64,000 nt of DNA from Octopus sinensis (GCF_006345805.1 NC_043016.1:8928001-8992000), one strand, 5' to 3'. Positions 48,671 to 60,634 are shown, numbered from the stretch's first letter. The notes: a model not told the origin generated them from the sequence alone. Numbers and translations are program-made.

Positions 48671-48830
48671 ATGGCATATACAGGTAAGATAGTACCCCTG
48701 GAGTGGAATTCATCACTGAAAGACATACCTATCCCACCAAAAAAAAGAATTCAAGGTTAAACTAATTAATAATATAAAGAATTTCATAAATAGACTTAAA
48801 TGGAAAGCACACTACTATCGAACTATGATG
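48671..48830 (+). pseudogene. N-terminus of a PLE ORF
   Basis: ATG at 48671: MAYTGKIVPLEWNSSLKDIPIPPKK, one extra A in the A-run at 48740-48746, then EFKVKLINNIKNFINRLKWKAHYY. This resembles the PLE N-terminal motif SLKNIP.P....Y...LI...F..R.RWKA. Confidence 0.7.
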
Positions 48831-48843
48831 AATTTATTTTAGA

Positions 48844-48937
48844 GGCCTGATGATTGGGGTTTCATTTTAAGAAAGGTTCCTGTAAAACTCTGCGTGCTTA
48901 AGGAACCGTAAAAGAACCTCAAGAAACACGTGTAGCT
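48844..48937 (+). ncRNA. Type-I hammerhead ribozyme candidate with intact core
   Basis: GGC/GCT stem I, CTGATGA at 48847-48853, 9-bp stem II (48854-48862/48914-48922) with an inner GGTTCCT/AGGAACC helix, GAAAC-ACGT-GTA; predicted cleavage after A48934. Confidence 0.75.
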
Positions 48938-49989
48938 GAGAGGTGAGTAGTAAGTATTAAATTAAATTAAAATTCTTTTATATGGTGGGATGAAGGGGAC
49001 TACTATCTCTAAATAACATATATATTTCTTCACTGAGAATAATTTGAACCCCTGCGATGCTGGAATTTTTATTCCCTAATAAAGAAAATGAAATATATAT
49101 ATATCTCAGGATATCAATAGTCCAATGCAATTACCACAGTTTCTATAAAACTAATTTTTAAACTATATGCTTATAGTTTCACATCAGTGATCTTGTAAAA
49201 GAAATACATAAGCATAAATGGCGGTGCCCCAGCATGGCCACAGCTCATGAGCTGAAACTAGATAAAATAAAATAAAATAGTAGTTTTTAAGTATCAGATC
49301 GCTATTGGGATCCACGAGAATAAAATGGTAATCGTCGGGGTCTACGGTTAAAAAGGTGGCTGAGATAACTGTATATTGTAGAACCAGAGGTTATATCAGT
49401 TTGGTTTGGTAAGAAAAGGGTTAATGAACTCCAATGTGGATTTAGCATAATGAGACACTAAAGTGATATGAGGGGCATAATGTGAAGTCAGCATTCTGTG
49501 TTAGTAGAACGGTCACAAACCATGTCTCACCTGTTGGTTGGCTTTTTATTGTATTGCCTTTGATGTTTGATTGATTTTTTGAAGAAAAAAGAAAATAAAT
49601 GTGGATCGAATTTGATATAGTCATGAAACAATGACATATTTACAATGTTTTTTTATTTATAAAGCAGGAATGGATTGGTAGAATTAGTCAACCACTTGAT
49701 CTTCTTGGATCAACTTAGCTTTTCATCCATTTGATGGGAAGGAGGTAGGGATCAGTGAAATGTATCCCATTCCTTGTCTCCTGGTCCCCTTTGTTTGCCA
49801 ATGGCCCTTTTGTTTGCCAGCGGTCTTTTGCCATGTGGTTTTACTGTTCCCTGCTGCTCTTTTTCCTTCGTACTGCTGCTTTTGTGCCACCATTACTGAC
49901 ATTTTCCTGCTGATTTGTACAGCTTCCTTTGCAATTTCCTCCATCGATTTCCACTTGTCTTCTCTTGTTCTAATGCTTAATTGCGAAAT

Positions 49990-50560
49990 TCTACTGTGAT
50001 AGGATCAAACTCCATCTGACTATTTTTTGCAAAGCACATCAAGACGCATCTAAATCGTTCGTGAACGGGGTTTTTAAAGCCTGGTGAATTTTTTTCTTTT
50101 TTTTCCAAATAAAACTGATATCCAAGAAGGAAATGCCACAGTCTATCTATGCACCATATCACTGCATAAGCCTCTCTCTCTCTGTCTTTGACCAATTTCA
50201 TTGTGCCTGGCTAAAGGTGTGGCTTATGAATGCTACTGAGTGTTGTTCATGGGATAACACCTCAGCTACTGCAATCAAGGATGCATCTAAAGTGAGAATG
50301 CTCATCTCCATTGAGTATGGTTACAAAACTAGAGCCTCTGAAAGATGTGTGATAAGCATATGGAAGGCCTTATCTTGCTCTTTACCCTGCTTAAATTCTT
50401 TAGATGTAGCTGATAAGAGTGGTTCTTTTTCAGCATATGTCAGAACCAATCTTCTGTATATCCGTAATTTGCTGCATTTGTTAGAAATTTTTTTCCATAT
50501 ACTGGACTCACAAGTTTTATCTGTACACCCAGAATTTTGATATTTCACTACATCACAACC
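49990..50560 (-). pseudogene. Gypsy RT C-terminus and RNase H remnant
   Basis: EQDKAFHML..LSEALVL, ILTLDASLIAVAEVLS, VAFISH and EREAYAVIWCIDRLWHFLLG. Confidence 0.8.
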
Positions 50561-50748
50561 GGAGAAATTTTTTTGGAGGCTGAGTTTGTTATTGTTTGTT
50601 GACTACTAACAAACAGTGTTTCCGATTCTGTGGTGGATGCGAGAGCAGCTATTTCAATGTAATTCATCTTAGAATGACACTGTAACTCCAAAATTTATAG
50701 CTCTATCTCTGCCGATGAAAATCCTGCAATGAAAATGAGTTTCACGAT

Positions 50749-50848
50749 NNNNNNNNNNNNNNNNNNNNNNNNNNNNNNNNNNNNNNNNNNNNNNNNNNNN
50801 NNNNNNNNNNNNNNNNNNNNNNNNNNNNNNNNNNNNNNNNNNNNNNNN
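50749..50848. other. Assembly gap (100 N)
   Basis: Run of exactly 100 N, typical of a scaffolding join of unknown size. Confidence 0.99.
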
Positions 50849-51150
50849 GTGTATCACCCGTGATCACCGCGTGACCAATCAGGCTATCAGATGTTGCTAC
50901 ACATCGCTGGTCACAATGCGCTTCGCATTGTTTTAGCCTTCAAATGACGCCACCCCGCTGGCTAGGCGAGCAGGCCAACAGAAGAAAGAGTGAGAGAAAG
51001 TTGTGGCGAAAGAGTACAGCAAGGATCGCCACCACCCCCTGCCAGAGCCTCATGGAGCTTTAGGTGTTTTCGCTCAATAAGCACTCAGAACAACCGGTCT
51101 GGGAATCGAAACAGCGAGTCCGCTGCCCTAACCACTGGGCCATTGCGCCT
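50849..51150 (-). mobile_element. S6 SINE, tail type B
   Basis: Head GAAGGCGCAATGGCCCAGTGGTTAGGGCAGCGGACTC, shared body, distinct tail ending GGTCACGCGGTGATCACGGGTGATAC at the gap. Confidence 0.8.
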
Positions 51151-51862
51151 TCATATATATATATATGTAGGTATATATATATATATATACGTATATATGT
51201 AGGTATGTAATATATGTATATATGCATATATTTATATTATGTATGCATGTATGTATGTATGTATGTATGTATGTATGTATGTATGTATGTATGTATGTAT
51301 GTATGTATGTATGTATGTATGCATGTATGTTTATACTCAATTACACACATCTCAGTCTTATTCCCCCTAGAATTTCACTCGTGACTCCGCATTGGAGTTC
51401 AGCCAAAGAACCTTATCTTTGAGGAAGTTGTCTGTTCTTTACAACAGAAGGCTTTTTTTCCCCGTACCAGAACTCCTGCTAGACTATCATCATCCCTACC
51501 CAGAAAGTTGTTTCCGTGCACAAGAAATCCCAGGTACAAAGGTGGGCGAGATCTAATTAGCTGTAGAGGTTGTATATGCTGAGAGGATAATTGCTTTGGG
51601 TGGTACATCAAGAATGTCAGAGAACTCCTGCTGTTTCTGAATGTCTGATAAAGTCAGGACAGATGCTTACGTGGAGGAGACAGAAATTACAGAAACAAAA
51701 CAAACAAAAAAAAAAGGAATATGAAAGGAAATGGAATGGGAAAAAAATGTGCGAGTATGCAGGAATACAGATGCCCATGGAAAGTGGTACTGGCTAAGGA
51801 AAAGTGGCTTGAAACCAGAGACAGAAGCGCTTATCTGTGCTGCACAGGAACAAGAACTTAAA

Positions 51863-52096
51863 GGCGGCGAGCTGGCAGAAACGTTAGCACGCCGGGCGAA
51901 ATGCGTAGCCGTATTTCGTCTGTCGTTACGTTCCGAGTTCAAATTCCGCCGAGGTCGACTTTGCCTTTCATCCTTTCGGGGTCGATAAATCAAGTACCAG
52001 TTATGCACTGGGGTCGATGTAATCGACTTAATCCGTTTGTCTGTCCTTGTTTGTCCCCTCTATGTTTAGCCCCTTGTGAGTAGTAAAGAAATAGGT
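51863..52096 (+). mobile_element. S1 SINE with 13-bp TSD inside the Dong remnant
   Basis: TSD ACAAGAACTTAAA at 51850-51862 and 52097-52109; removing the SINE restores QEQELKTNYIK. Confidence 0.95.
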
Positions 52097-52522
52097 ACAA
52101 GAACTTAAAACCAATTACATCAAAAGGGGAAAATAGAAAATGACTGTGTGGCTGCATATTAGGAATGAGTGCAAGAATCCGGTCCAACAAGAATACAAAA
52201 GATAACACGGTGTTATTTATTAGGAGCAGTATGACAAACATAGACTGCACAGAGCAATGGTGTGACGGGGGTAATCCTAGGAGTAATTGAGTATGACAAG
52301 CTACAATGACTGTGGGATTAAATGATCCAGTGTGAGTGCGAAATAGAACATCGAAGGCCCGATATAAGGGTTGTAAATAAAGAGGGGAAATTTTTGTTTA
52401 GTCATAGGTGTTGCATGTCCTGGTGATGACAGAGTATCAGCGAAAGAAGAGAACCGGGTCAGATGTGATGATTTAAAGTGGGAAATAAAAATACTGTGGT
52501 CATTGAAGGCGAGCGTTGTGCC

Positions 52523-52893
52523 GCTGTTGCTGTTGAGCGTAGCGGTCTTCGTCCTAGTAGGAGAAATCCGAAACCTGGTCCTTTGCTATTCATAAGACCC
52601 GCAGAAGAGAAAGCAGGTCAACCCCCGACACCGAGAGCATCGACGGATGGATGAATGCGCATCCAGGCTCAGCGGTTGCGTAGGAAGTCGGGGACAAGAA
52701 ACAGGAAGAAAGAGTGAGAGAAAGTTGGAGCGAAAGAGTACAACAGGGGGTCGCCACCACCTCCTGCCGGAGCCTCGTGGAGCTTTAGATGTTTTCGCTC
52801 AATAAACACACACAACGCCCGGTCTGGGAATCGAAACCGCGATCCTCCGACCGCGAGTCCGCTGCCCTAACCATTGGGCCATTGCGCCTCCAC
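52523..52893 (-). mobile_element. S6 SINE, tail type C, with ~11-bp TSD
   Basis: TSD AGCGTT(G/C)TGCC at 52512-52522 and 52894-52904; tail ends CGCTCAACAGCAACAGC. Confidence 0.9.
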
Positions 52894-53224
52894 AGCGTTC
52901 TGCCTGTTGATGTTGGAACTCATAAATGGGTTGAAAAGGTAGGAGTAAATGTGAAAATAGAACATCTACAGGAAACAAAGTTGTTTAGAAGCGCACGAAC
53001 CTTCTGCAGAATTCTCGAAGTCTAAATGGAAAGAGATATCTTAGCCCATTGGTTGTGATCAGATGATGCATTCCCCAACAAAGTTATGTTAATAATAAAT
53101 ATAATTCTTTCTATCGTAGACACAAGACCTGAAATTGTAAGAGCGGAACAGTCGAATATCACGACCCCAGTGCTTTTTTATTGACCCTTAAAAAAAAGAA
53201 GAAAGACAAAGGCGAGCGCAGAAT

Positions 53225-53460
53225 ATAAAACTGGACGAAATACCTATTTCTTTACTGCCCACAAGGAGCTAAACACAGAGGGGACAGACAAGGACAGACA
53301 AACGGATTAAGTCGATTATATCGACCCCAGTGCTTAACTGGTACTTAATTTATCGACCCCGAAAGGATGAAAGGCAAAGTCGACCTCGGCGGAATTTGAA
53401 CTCAGACGAAACACCGCCAAGCATTTCGCCCGGCGTGCTAACGATTCAGCCAGCTCTCCG
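53225..53460 (-). mobile_element. S1 SINE joined at GAAATAGGTATTTC to a further partial unit
   Basis: Homology to 15821-16049. Confidence 0.85.
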
Positions 53461-53674
53461 CTTTTACTTGATTTGATAATATTGTTTAAATTTTTTTCAT
53501 CGTAAAAATGTCTCTAGTAAAGTAATACTCTTACAATTTCGTATTTTGCCAAAGAAAAATGAAGGAAAAAAAAACAGGAATTTTTCAAACATTGGTTAAA
53601 ATAACAAAAACATCACGCAAGCGACATTAGATATCATCTTCCGTTAATATTCTCTCTCCAAAGATATGTAGATA

Positions 53675-53896
53675 CGAGAGGGTGCTAAAAAAAGTTCCTG
53701 GTCTTCGGAGTATTGCGAAGGTCCGTTTGGGGACCCATCCTTCCGAGTTCTTTTACGGGCTTAGAAAAACTGAAGCACTGCTACAATAAGGACTGCTGTG
53801 AATTTGAGTTGGGGGACATTTGAATAAAATCATAATTAACTGATTCTCCTGTATTTTTCTTTTACCCAATGCCAGGAACTTTTCAGCACCCCCTCG
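53675..53896. mobile_element. Mariner-type MITE
   Basis: TA-CGAGAGGGTGCTAAAAAAAGTTCCTGG ... CCAGGAACTTTTCAGCACCCCCTCG terminal inverted repeats. Confidence 0.85.
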
Positions 53897-53928
53897 AGTG
53901 TGTGTGGTGTGTGTGTGTTGTGGTGTGG

Positions 53929-53959
<31 letters not shown>

Positions 53960-54171
53960 TTGCTTCATAATATCCATCTAGTCCAGAGAAAACCGTATTT
54001 CCTTAATTGAATATAAAAATTCTTGGACAATATCTGCATGTAGCAGTAGTTCTATGAATGTCACCATCCTTTCGGAGTCGATAATATATTTTGCCAATCT
54101 TTGGGAGCATATATATATTATTTTCAGCAGATTGCGGCCATACTGGGGCACGCGTGTGTGTATGCGTGCGT

Positions 54172-54755
54172 GTGTGTATCCAAGGTTCCTGGCTTTAATG
54201 GTATCACAAAGGGCCTGACTGGAAGCCCAAACCTCCGAGTTCTTTTACAGGACTTAGAAAAACTGAAGGACCAGTGCAATAAATGTGTGAATCAGAAGAA
54301 GAGGAATATGTTGAATAAAGTCATAATTAACTGATCCTCCAGTATTTTCTTTTACTCAAAGCCAGGAACTTTTCAGCACCCCCTCGAGAGTGTGTGTGTG
54401 TGTATCCAAGGTTCCTGGCTTTAATGGTATCACAAAGGGCTTGACTGGAAGTCCAAACCTCCGAGTTCTCTTACAGGGCTTAGAAAAACTGAAGGACTGC
54501 TGCAATAAGTGTGTGTGTATGTGTGTATGCGTGCGTGTGTGTATCCAAGGTTCCTGGCTTTAATGGTATCACAAAGGGCTTGACTGGAAGCCCAAACCTC
54601 CGAGTTCTTTTACAGGGCTTAGAAAAACCGAAGGACTGCTGCAATAAGAACTGCTGTGAATCTGAGAGGGAAATATGTTGAATAAAGTCATGATTAACTG
54701 ATTCTCCTGTATTTTTCTGTTACCAAAAGCCAGGAACGTCTCAACACCCCCCCTC
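54172..54755. repeat. Three tandem left-TIR-truncated copies of the mariner MITE
   Basis: Each unit starts GTGTGTGTATCCAAGGTTCCTGGCTTTAATGG (near 54172, 54400 and 54537). Confidence 0.85.
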
Positions 54756-54884
54756 CATATGTGTCGTAAATATCTTATATTACATATTAATGTGTGTTTC
54801 TGTGAGTGAGTGCTGTTAACTGTGCGTGAGAAGTAATGGTTATTAAAAATATATTTTAGCTTTTAGCTTTTTTTTTTTTAGCAT

Positions 54885-55275
54885 TTACTCGTTTCAGTCA
54901 TCAGACTGCGGTCATGCTGGGGCACCGCCTTGAAGGGTTTAGTCCAACAAATCGGCACCAGTACCTTTTTAAAGAAAAAAACAAAACAAAACAAAACAAA
55001 AACCATTGTTAATTATTCTATCGGTTTCTTATCTCGAACAGCTAGGTTACGGAGACTCAAACGAACCAACACCGATTGTCAGGCGATGATGAAGGACAAG
55101 CACAAAAGAACACATACACACACACAAAGACACACACACACACACATACAATGGGCTTCTTTCAGTTTCCGTTTACCAAATTCACTCGCAAGTATTTGAC
55201 CAACCTGGAGCTATAGAAAAAGACTTACCCAAGACGCCACGCAGTGGGACCGAACCCGGAAGCAAACTTCTTACG
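54885..55275 (-). mobile_element. S2 SINE, diverged
   Basis: Tail, (CA)n and CORE-like segment. Confidence 0.8.
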
Positions 55276-55310
55276 CTCACGGTCAGTCACAGTATAGTTG
55301 GCATGGCTAT

Positions 55311-55593
55311 CATCATCATTGTTCGACCATGGTCGAGATAATGGAATTTACTATGTTACGCCAGACTTCACGGTCCATCATAGCATTACGGAGGTTCTGT
55401 TGCTGGATGCCTGTATCCCTGGAGATTACATCAGTGTAGGAGAGTGTGCGCCCCCTGGTATCGTGAGCAGATGGCTTCCAGAGGAGAAGAGTAGAAATTA
55501 CCTTGTTTTCAGCTCTACAACAATGTCCAGCAAACTGGACTCTCCTACCTTTCACAAGAGATGATACAGGTGGTAATTTCCCATATATTTGTA
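55311..55593 (-). mobile_element. 5'-truncated RTE LINE, same family as 47253-47718, 9-bp TSD
   Basis: QIYGKLPPVSSLVKGRRVQFAGHCC..MMDREVWRNIV; TSD CATGGCTAT at 55302-55310 and 55594-55602. Confidence 0.9.
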
Positions 55594-55856
55594 CATGGCT
55601 ATAGGGGTGAGCATGACTATCGTTAAGAAGCTCACTTCGAAGCCACATGGTTCACGGTTCAATCCGAATGCGGAACACCTTGGGTAAATGTCTTCTACTA
55701 TAACCCCGAGTCGGTCAATACTCGTAACTGGATTTGGTAAATGGAAGCCTGTCTCTCACATATTTCGTGTTGCGACAAACAATATTTTCAGTATAATTGC
55801 AAAATATGATTGCAATAACAGCTTATTGCCATATATTAATTTTGAATTTTCATATA

Positions 55857-56356
55857 GGCGCAGGAGTAGCTGTGTGGTAAGTAGCTTGTTTACCAACCAC
55901 ATGGTTTCGGATTCTGTCCCATTGCGTGGCACCTTGGGCAAGTGTCTTCTACTATAGCCTCGGACCGACCGAAGCTTTGTGAGTGGATTTGGTAGACGGC
56001 AGCTGAAAAGAAGCCCGTCGTATGTATGTATGTATGTATGTATGTATGTATGTATGTATGTATGTATGTATGTATGTATGTATGTATGTATGTATGTGTG
56101 TATGTATGTATGTATGTATGTATGTATGTATGTATGTATGTATGTGTGTATGTATGTGTGTATGTATGTATGTATGTATGTATGTATGTATGTATGTGTG
56201 CATGTATGTATGTATGTATGTATGTATGTATGTATGTGTGTGTATATGTTTGTGTGTCTGTCTTTGTCCCCGCACACATCGATTGACAACCGATGCTGGT
56301 GTGTTTACGTTCCCGTAACTTAGCGGTTCGGCAAAAGACTCCGATACAATAAGTAC
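55857..56356 (+). mobile_element. S2 SINE with expanded internal (TATG)n (56020-56235)
   Basis: Intact head and about 50 TATG units at the family microsatellite site. Confidence 0.9.
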
Positions 56357-56494
56357 AGAATATGCTTCAACACACGATCTTACATAATAAATAATCTTGC
56401 AAACCAAATCCCAAAACTCGTAAACACCAGTCGTCTTTTTTCTCTTTCCTGTTGCCCGCTCTGGATCTTTCTTTCCTCTCTCTTCCTTCTTTAT

Positions 56495-56529
56495 GTTTCC
56501 GACGAAGAGCTCCGCTCGAAACGTCATAC
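56495..56529 (+). ncRNA. Minimal hammerhead-like motif (U4C) in a pLTR-like repeat ending at (TA)n
   Basis: GTTT-CCGACGA-A-GAGC-TCC-GCTC-GAAACGTC-ATAC, with a palindromic ACGT stem III and a GUC site. Confidence 0.55.
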
Positions 56530-56614
56530 CTCCCTGCTTCCTTTTCCTGAGCGCCTATTAATAATAATACTGTAATTGTTCCATTGTTGTTGTTTTTTGT
56601 TTCCCGTTTGGATT

Positions 56615-56688
<74 letters not shown>

Positions 56689-56990
56689 ATGTATATATAA
56701 TACGTTTCAGATTTTGGAACAAAGCCAGCAGTTTCGGGGAAGGGGGCAAGTCGATTTCCTTGAACACGGTTTTCAACAAGTACTTGTGTATGTGTATGTA
56801 TGTTTGTATTATGAGACGAACATTTTGCCCGGATGTCATATTCTATTCAAGTACCTTGGCGTTTCATAATGTATCCAAGTACTTTAGTGTGTGTGTTTAT
56901 GCGTGTGAAGAAGTGTATGTGTGAAGATGTGTGTGTGCGTGTGTGTATGTGCGTGTATGTATGTATGTGTGTGTATATATATATTTAATT

Positions 56991-57313
56991 TTTTACTTGT
57001 TTCAGTCATTTGACTGCGGCCATGCTAGAGCAGCGCCTTTTGATCGAATAAATCGACCGCAGGTCTTATTCATTGTAAGTCTAGTGCGTATTGTATCAGT
57101 GTCTTTTGCCGAACCACTAGGTTACGGGGACGTAAACACACTAACATCGGTTGTCAAGCGATGGTGATGAAACACAAACACAGACACACAAACACACACA
57201 CCAAATCCACTCGCAATGCTCTGGGCCCGAGGCTCTAGTAGAAGACACTTGGCGAAGTTGCCACGCAGTGGGACTGAACCCGGAACCATGTGGTTGGTAA
57301 GCAAGCCACTTAC
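56991..57313 (-). mobile_element. S2 SINE
   Basis: Tail and head homology. Confidence 0.8.
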
Positions 57314-57326
57314 GATATATATATAT

Positions 57327-57362
<36 letters not shown>

Positions 57363-57576
57363 CATGCATACATACATATATACATAATACATACACGCAT
57401 GCATACGTACTTTATATATATATATATATTATATATATACACACACACACACATACACAAACGTATGCATACATACATATGTACGTAGTACGTATGTATG
57501 TATGTATGCAGTGTGGGGTGTGTGTTTGTGTGTTGGTGTGTGTTTGTGTGGTGTGTGTGTGTGTGTGTGGTGTGTG

Positions 57577-57624
<48 letters not shown>

Positions 57625-57876
57625 AAGTGTTTGATTCCGTGCAGTGTGAATATGGATGAATCGTATAAAAATCATGAAATTCACATATTTGCATAAATTA
57701 TTTATACAAGTATTTTGACAAGTGGACAACCTTCCAGTTTAGGAGTTACACACACTTCCGTTAAGCTGTCACTCTTCTTGACACTCCCCCACTCAACACG
57801 GCTCTTGAAGCACAAAAACTTTCCATGAGAAAAATAAACCCATGAGAAATGATGTCATTATTAGTAGTAATGTAAG

Positions 57877-59270
57877 GTGGCGAGCTGGCAGAAACGTTAG
57901 CACCGTCGGGCGAAATGCTTAGCAGTATTTCGTCTGCCGCTACGTTCTGAGTTCAAATTCCGTCGAGGTCGACTTTGCCTTTCATCCTTTCGGGGTCAAT
58001 TAAATAAGTACCAGTTACGCACTGGGGTCGATGTAATCGACTTAATCCGTTTGTCTGTCCTTGTTTGTCCTCTCAGTATTTAGCCCCTTGTGGGTAGTAA
58101 AGAAATAGGTATTTCGTCTGCCGTCACCTTCTGAGTTCAAATTCCGCCGAGGTCGATTTTGCCTTTCATCCTTTCGGGGTCGATTCCATAAGTACCAGTT
58201 ATACACTGGAGTCGATGTAATCTACATAATCCGTTTGTCTGTCCTTGTTTGTCCCCTCTATGTTTAGCCTCTTGTGTGCAATAAAGAAATAAGAATCGTT
58301 AGCACGTCTGGCGAAGTGCCATGTTTCGTTTGCCGCTACGTTTTGAGTTCAAATTCTGCCTTTCATCCTTTCGGGGTCGATAAAGTAAGTACCAATGAAA
58401 TACTGGTTAGCACAGAACCGTTAGCACAGGGGTCGATCTAATCGACTAGCGCCCTCCCCACAAATTTTTGGCCTTGTGCCCTTGGCAGAAAGGATTATTT
58501 GTATCGCGTATGAAGGCGGCGAGCTGGCAGAACCGTTGAGCACTTTGCGAATTCAGTTCGAATGCTGACGTGGCCGACTTTGTCTTTCCTCCTTTCCTGA
58601 TCGATAAAATAAGTACAATCGATTTATACCCGCCCCACTCACCGAAATTATTGGCATCGTGTCATAATTTGAAACCATTATTAAGATAAGAGAATAAAGA
58701 TCCTTCCCGAGTTATTCAGATTCATAGGGCCAGTTTCCCGGTTTCTGAGGCGTATATATCTCCTCTGGATGGGATGTGAGTCCGTCGCTAGATTACTAAT
58801 TTTTGCTAGCTGAGTAGACCGGAGTAACGTAAAATGAAGTGTTTTGCTCAAGTACAACAAGGAATTGAAACCACAATCTTACGATTACAAGTGTAACACC
58901 CTAACCACTAAACCACACGCCTCCATGAAACCGTTAGCACACCGGACAAAATGCTGAGGTCGATGCATTCGATTTCTCCCTCCGCCAACATTGCTGGCCT
59001 TGTGCCAAAATTTGAAACCATTATTTGCAGTACGTATATGGCAGTGCATTAGCAGAACCGTTAGCGCGGCGAACGAAATGCTAAGCCCCCATTTCGTCTG
59101 TCCTTACGTTCTGAGTTCGAATGCCACCGACGTCGACTTTGCCTTTCATCCTTTCTGGGTCGATAAAATAAGTACCAGTTTATCACTAGCGTGTAGTGAT
59201 CAACTAGCCGACTAGCTCCTTGTGCCTTACCCCTTGGCCCCAAAATTTCAGGTCTTGCGTCTATGAAAAA
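57877..59270 (+). mobile_element. Cluster of about six S1 copies or fragments, plus an unrelated minus-strand SINE at about 58700-58925
   Basis: Repeated GGCGAGCTGGCAGAA, GAGTTCAAATTCC and CTTTCATCCTTTCGGGGTCGAT segments; trimer at 57877-58495. Confidence 0.85.
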
Positions 59271-59430
59271 AGAGACTATTAGTAGTATGTATATCACTAA
59301 CACACTTAATATGTTGTGCACAATAGCTATGAGCTAATAAAGTAATCAAGGCCCTACCCGTTGTCATTGTTAAACCCCAGATCAGCCCTGACCAAGCATA
59401 CATATACGATAAAAAGATAAAGTATTCTTA

Positions 59431-59661
59431 TTTCTTTACTGCCCACAAGGGGCTACACACAGAGGGGACAGACAAGGACAGGCAAACGGATTAAGTCATT
59501 TATATCGACCCCAGTGCGTTACTGGTACTTAATTTATCGACCCCGAAAGGATGAAAGGCAAAGTCGACCTCGACGGAATTTGAACTCAGAACGTAACGGC
59601 AGACGAAATACGGATACGCATTTCGCCCGGCGTGCTAACGTTTCTGCCAGCTCGCCGCCTT
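59431..59661 (-). mobile_element. S1 SINE with 15-bp TSD
   Basis: TSD GATAAAGTA(T/C)TCTTA at 59416-59430 and 59662-59676. Confidence 0.9.
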
Positions 59662-60329
59662 GATAAAGTACTCTTAGCATGTACACATGCATGCGTGTAT
59701 GTGTGCGCGCGTGTGTGTGTAATGCTATATACACATACACACATACACTTATATAAACGCATCGCCCACAAACTCTGCCTCCATAAAACAAGAAAAAGTT
59801 AAAATTCCTACATATTAATCAATTGCCTATAGACCAACGAACCCCTAGATAAGAATACACTGACTATCGATCTTTGTACCTGTCCTCATCTTGTGAACAC
59901 CAAAGCACAAGATAAACAAATTTCTGTACTAACAGCACCATGATACGCTCGACTAACAGTCCCCACCTTCGAAATACAAACATGAAAGATCTTAAATAAC
60001 ACCAAGAACTGGTAAAGAAACTTACTGACCAGTTAAAACACACCCCCAACTTACATCCTATAGTGAACCTTTAAAAATTCCATTACAAAATTGTTGACTC
60101 CCAAATACTAAATTTTTAAATACTGGATTAATCTCTGAGCTTTCACCTTTTTTCATTGGCAAAACAAAGGATTAAATCCAATAAAACCAAAAAAACTAAG
60201 TGTAATGATACATCTGCTAACCAAAATAATTCCTCTACTTATCTAAAGCCTTTTTGTAGACCACTAATAAATAATTCCATTCCTAAACATACTTACCTGT
60301 TTACAAAACTCTATATGCATGAATAAATA

Positions 60330-60495
60330 CTGAATTTGAACTCAGAACGTAACGGCAGACAAAATACCTTATTTCTTTACTACCCACAAGGGGCTAAACA
60401 CAGAAAGGACAAACAAGGACAGACAAAGGTATTAAGTCGATTAAATCGACCCCAGTGCGTAACTGGTACTTAATTTATCGATCCCCGAAAGGATA
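60330..60495 (-). mobile_element. S1 dimer junction fragment
   Basis: 3' half of one unit joined to the GTATTTTGTCTGCC.. segment of the next. Confidence 0.75.
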
Positions 60496-60599
60496 ACTCT
60501 AAATCTAATCAATAACAATTTCTCTTGAGAAAGAATAATTAAAAGTATAGAGTAACCCATCAGATTAATGTAAAGTTGCTTTTATTATAACAAACATTA

Positions 60600-60634
<35 letters not shown>

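Larger units (their letters stand above)
48330..49100. mobile_element. PLE pseudo-LTR cluster: inverted copy (48330-48540), direct copy plus ORF start (48545-48830), HHR plus copy (48844-49095)
   Basis: Three copies of GAGAATAATTTGAACCCCTG(T/C)GATGCTGGAATTTTTATTC, one of them inverted. Confidence 0.8.
51510..53105 (+). pseudogene. Dong/R4-clade LINE 3' remnant (restriction-like endonuclease), interrupted by two SINEs
   Basis: KGGRDLISC, GWYIKN, WYWLRKSGLKPETEALICAAQEQELKTNYIK, LWD*MIQC..IEHRRPDI, VACPGD.RV..KE, DLKWEI and HLQET..SART..ILEV*, followed by a TAA-rich tail. Confidence 0.85.

Noticed and set aside
57877-59270. CRISPR-like repeat-spacer array
   Set aside because: The repeats are long SINE units of irregular spacing in eukaryotic DNA, with no cas genes.
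59830-60330. Possible PLE N-terminal remnant (IVNL..L..F-like)
   Set aside because: The motif similarity is too weak to call by eye.
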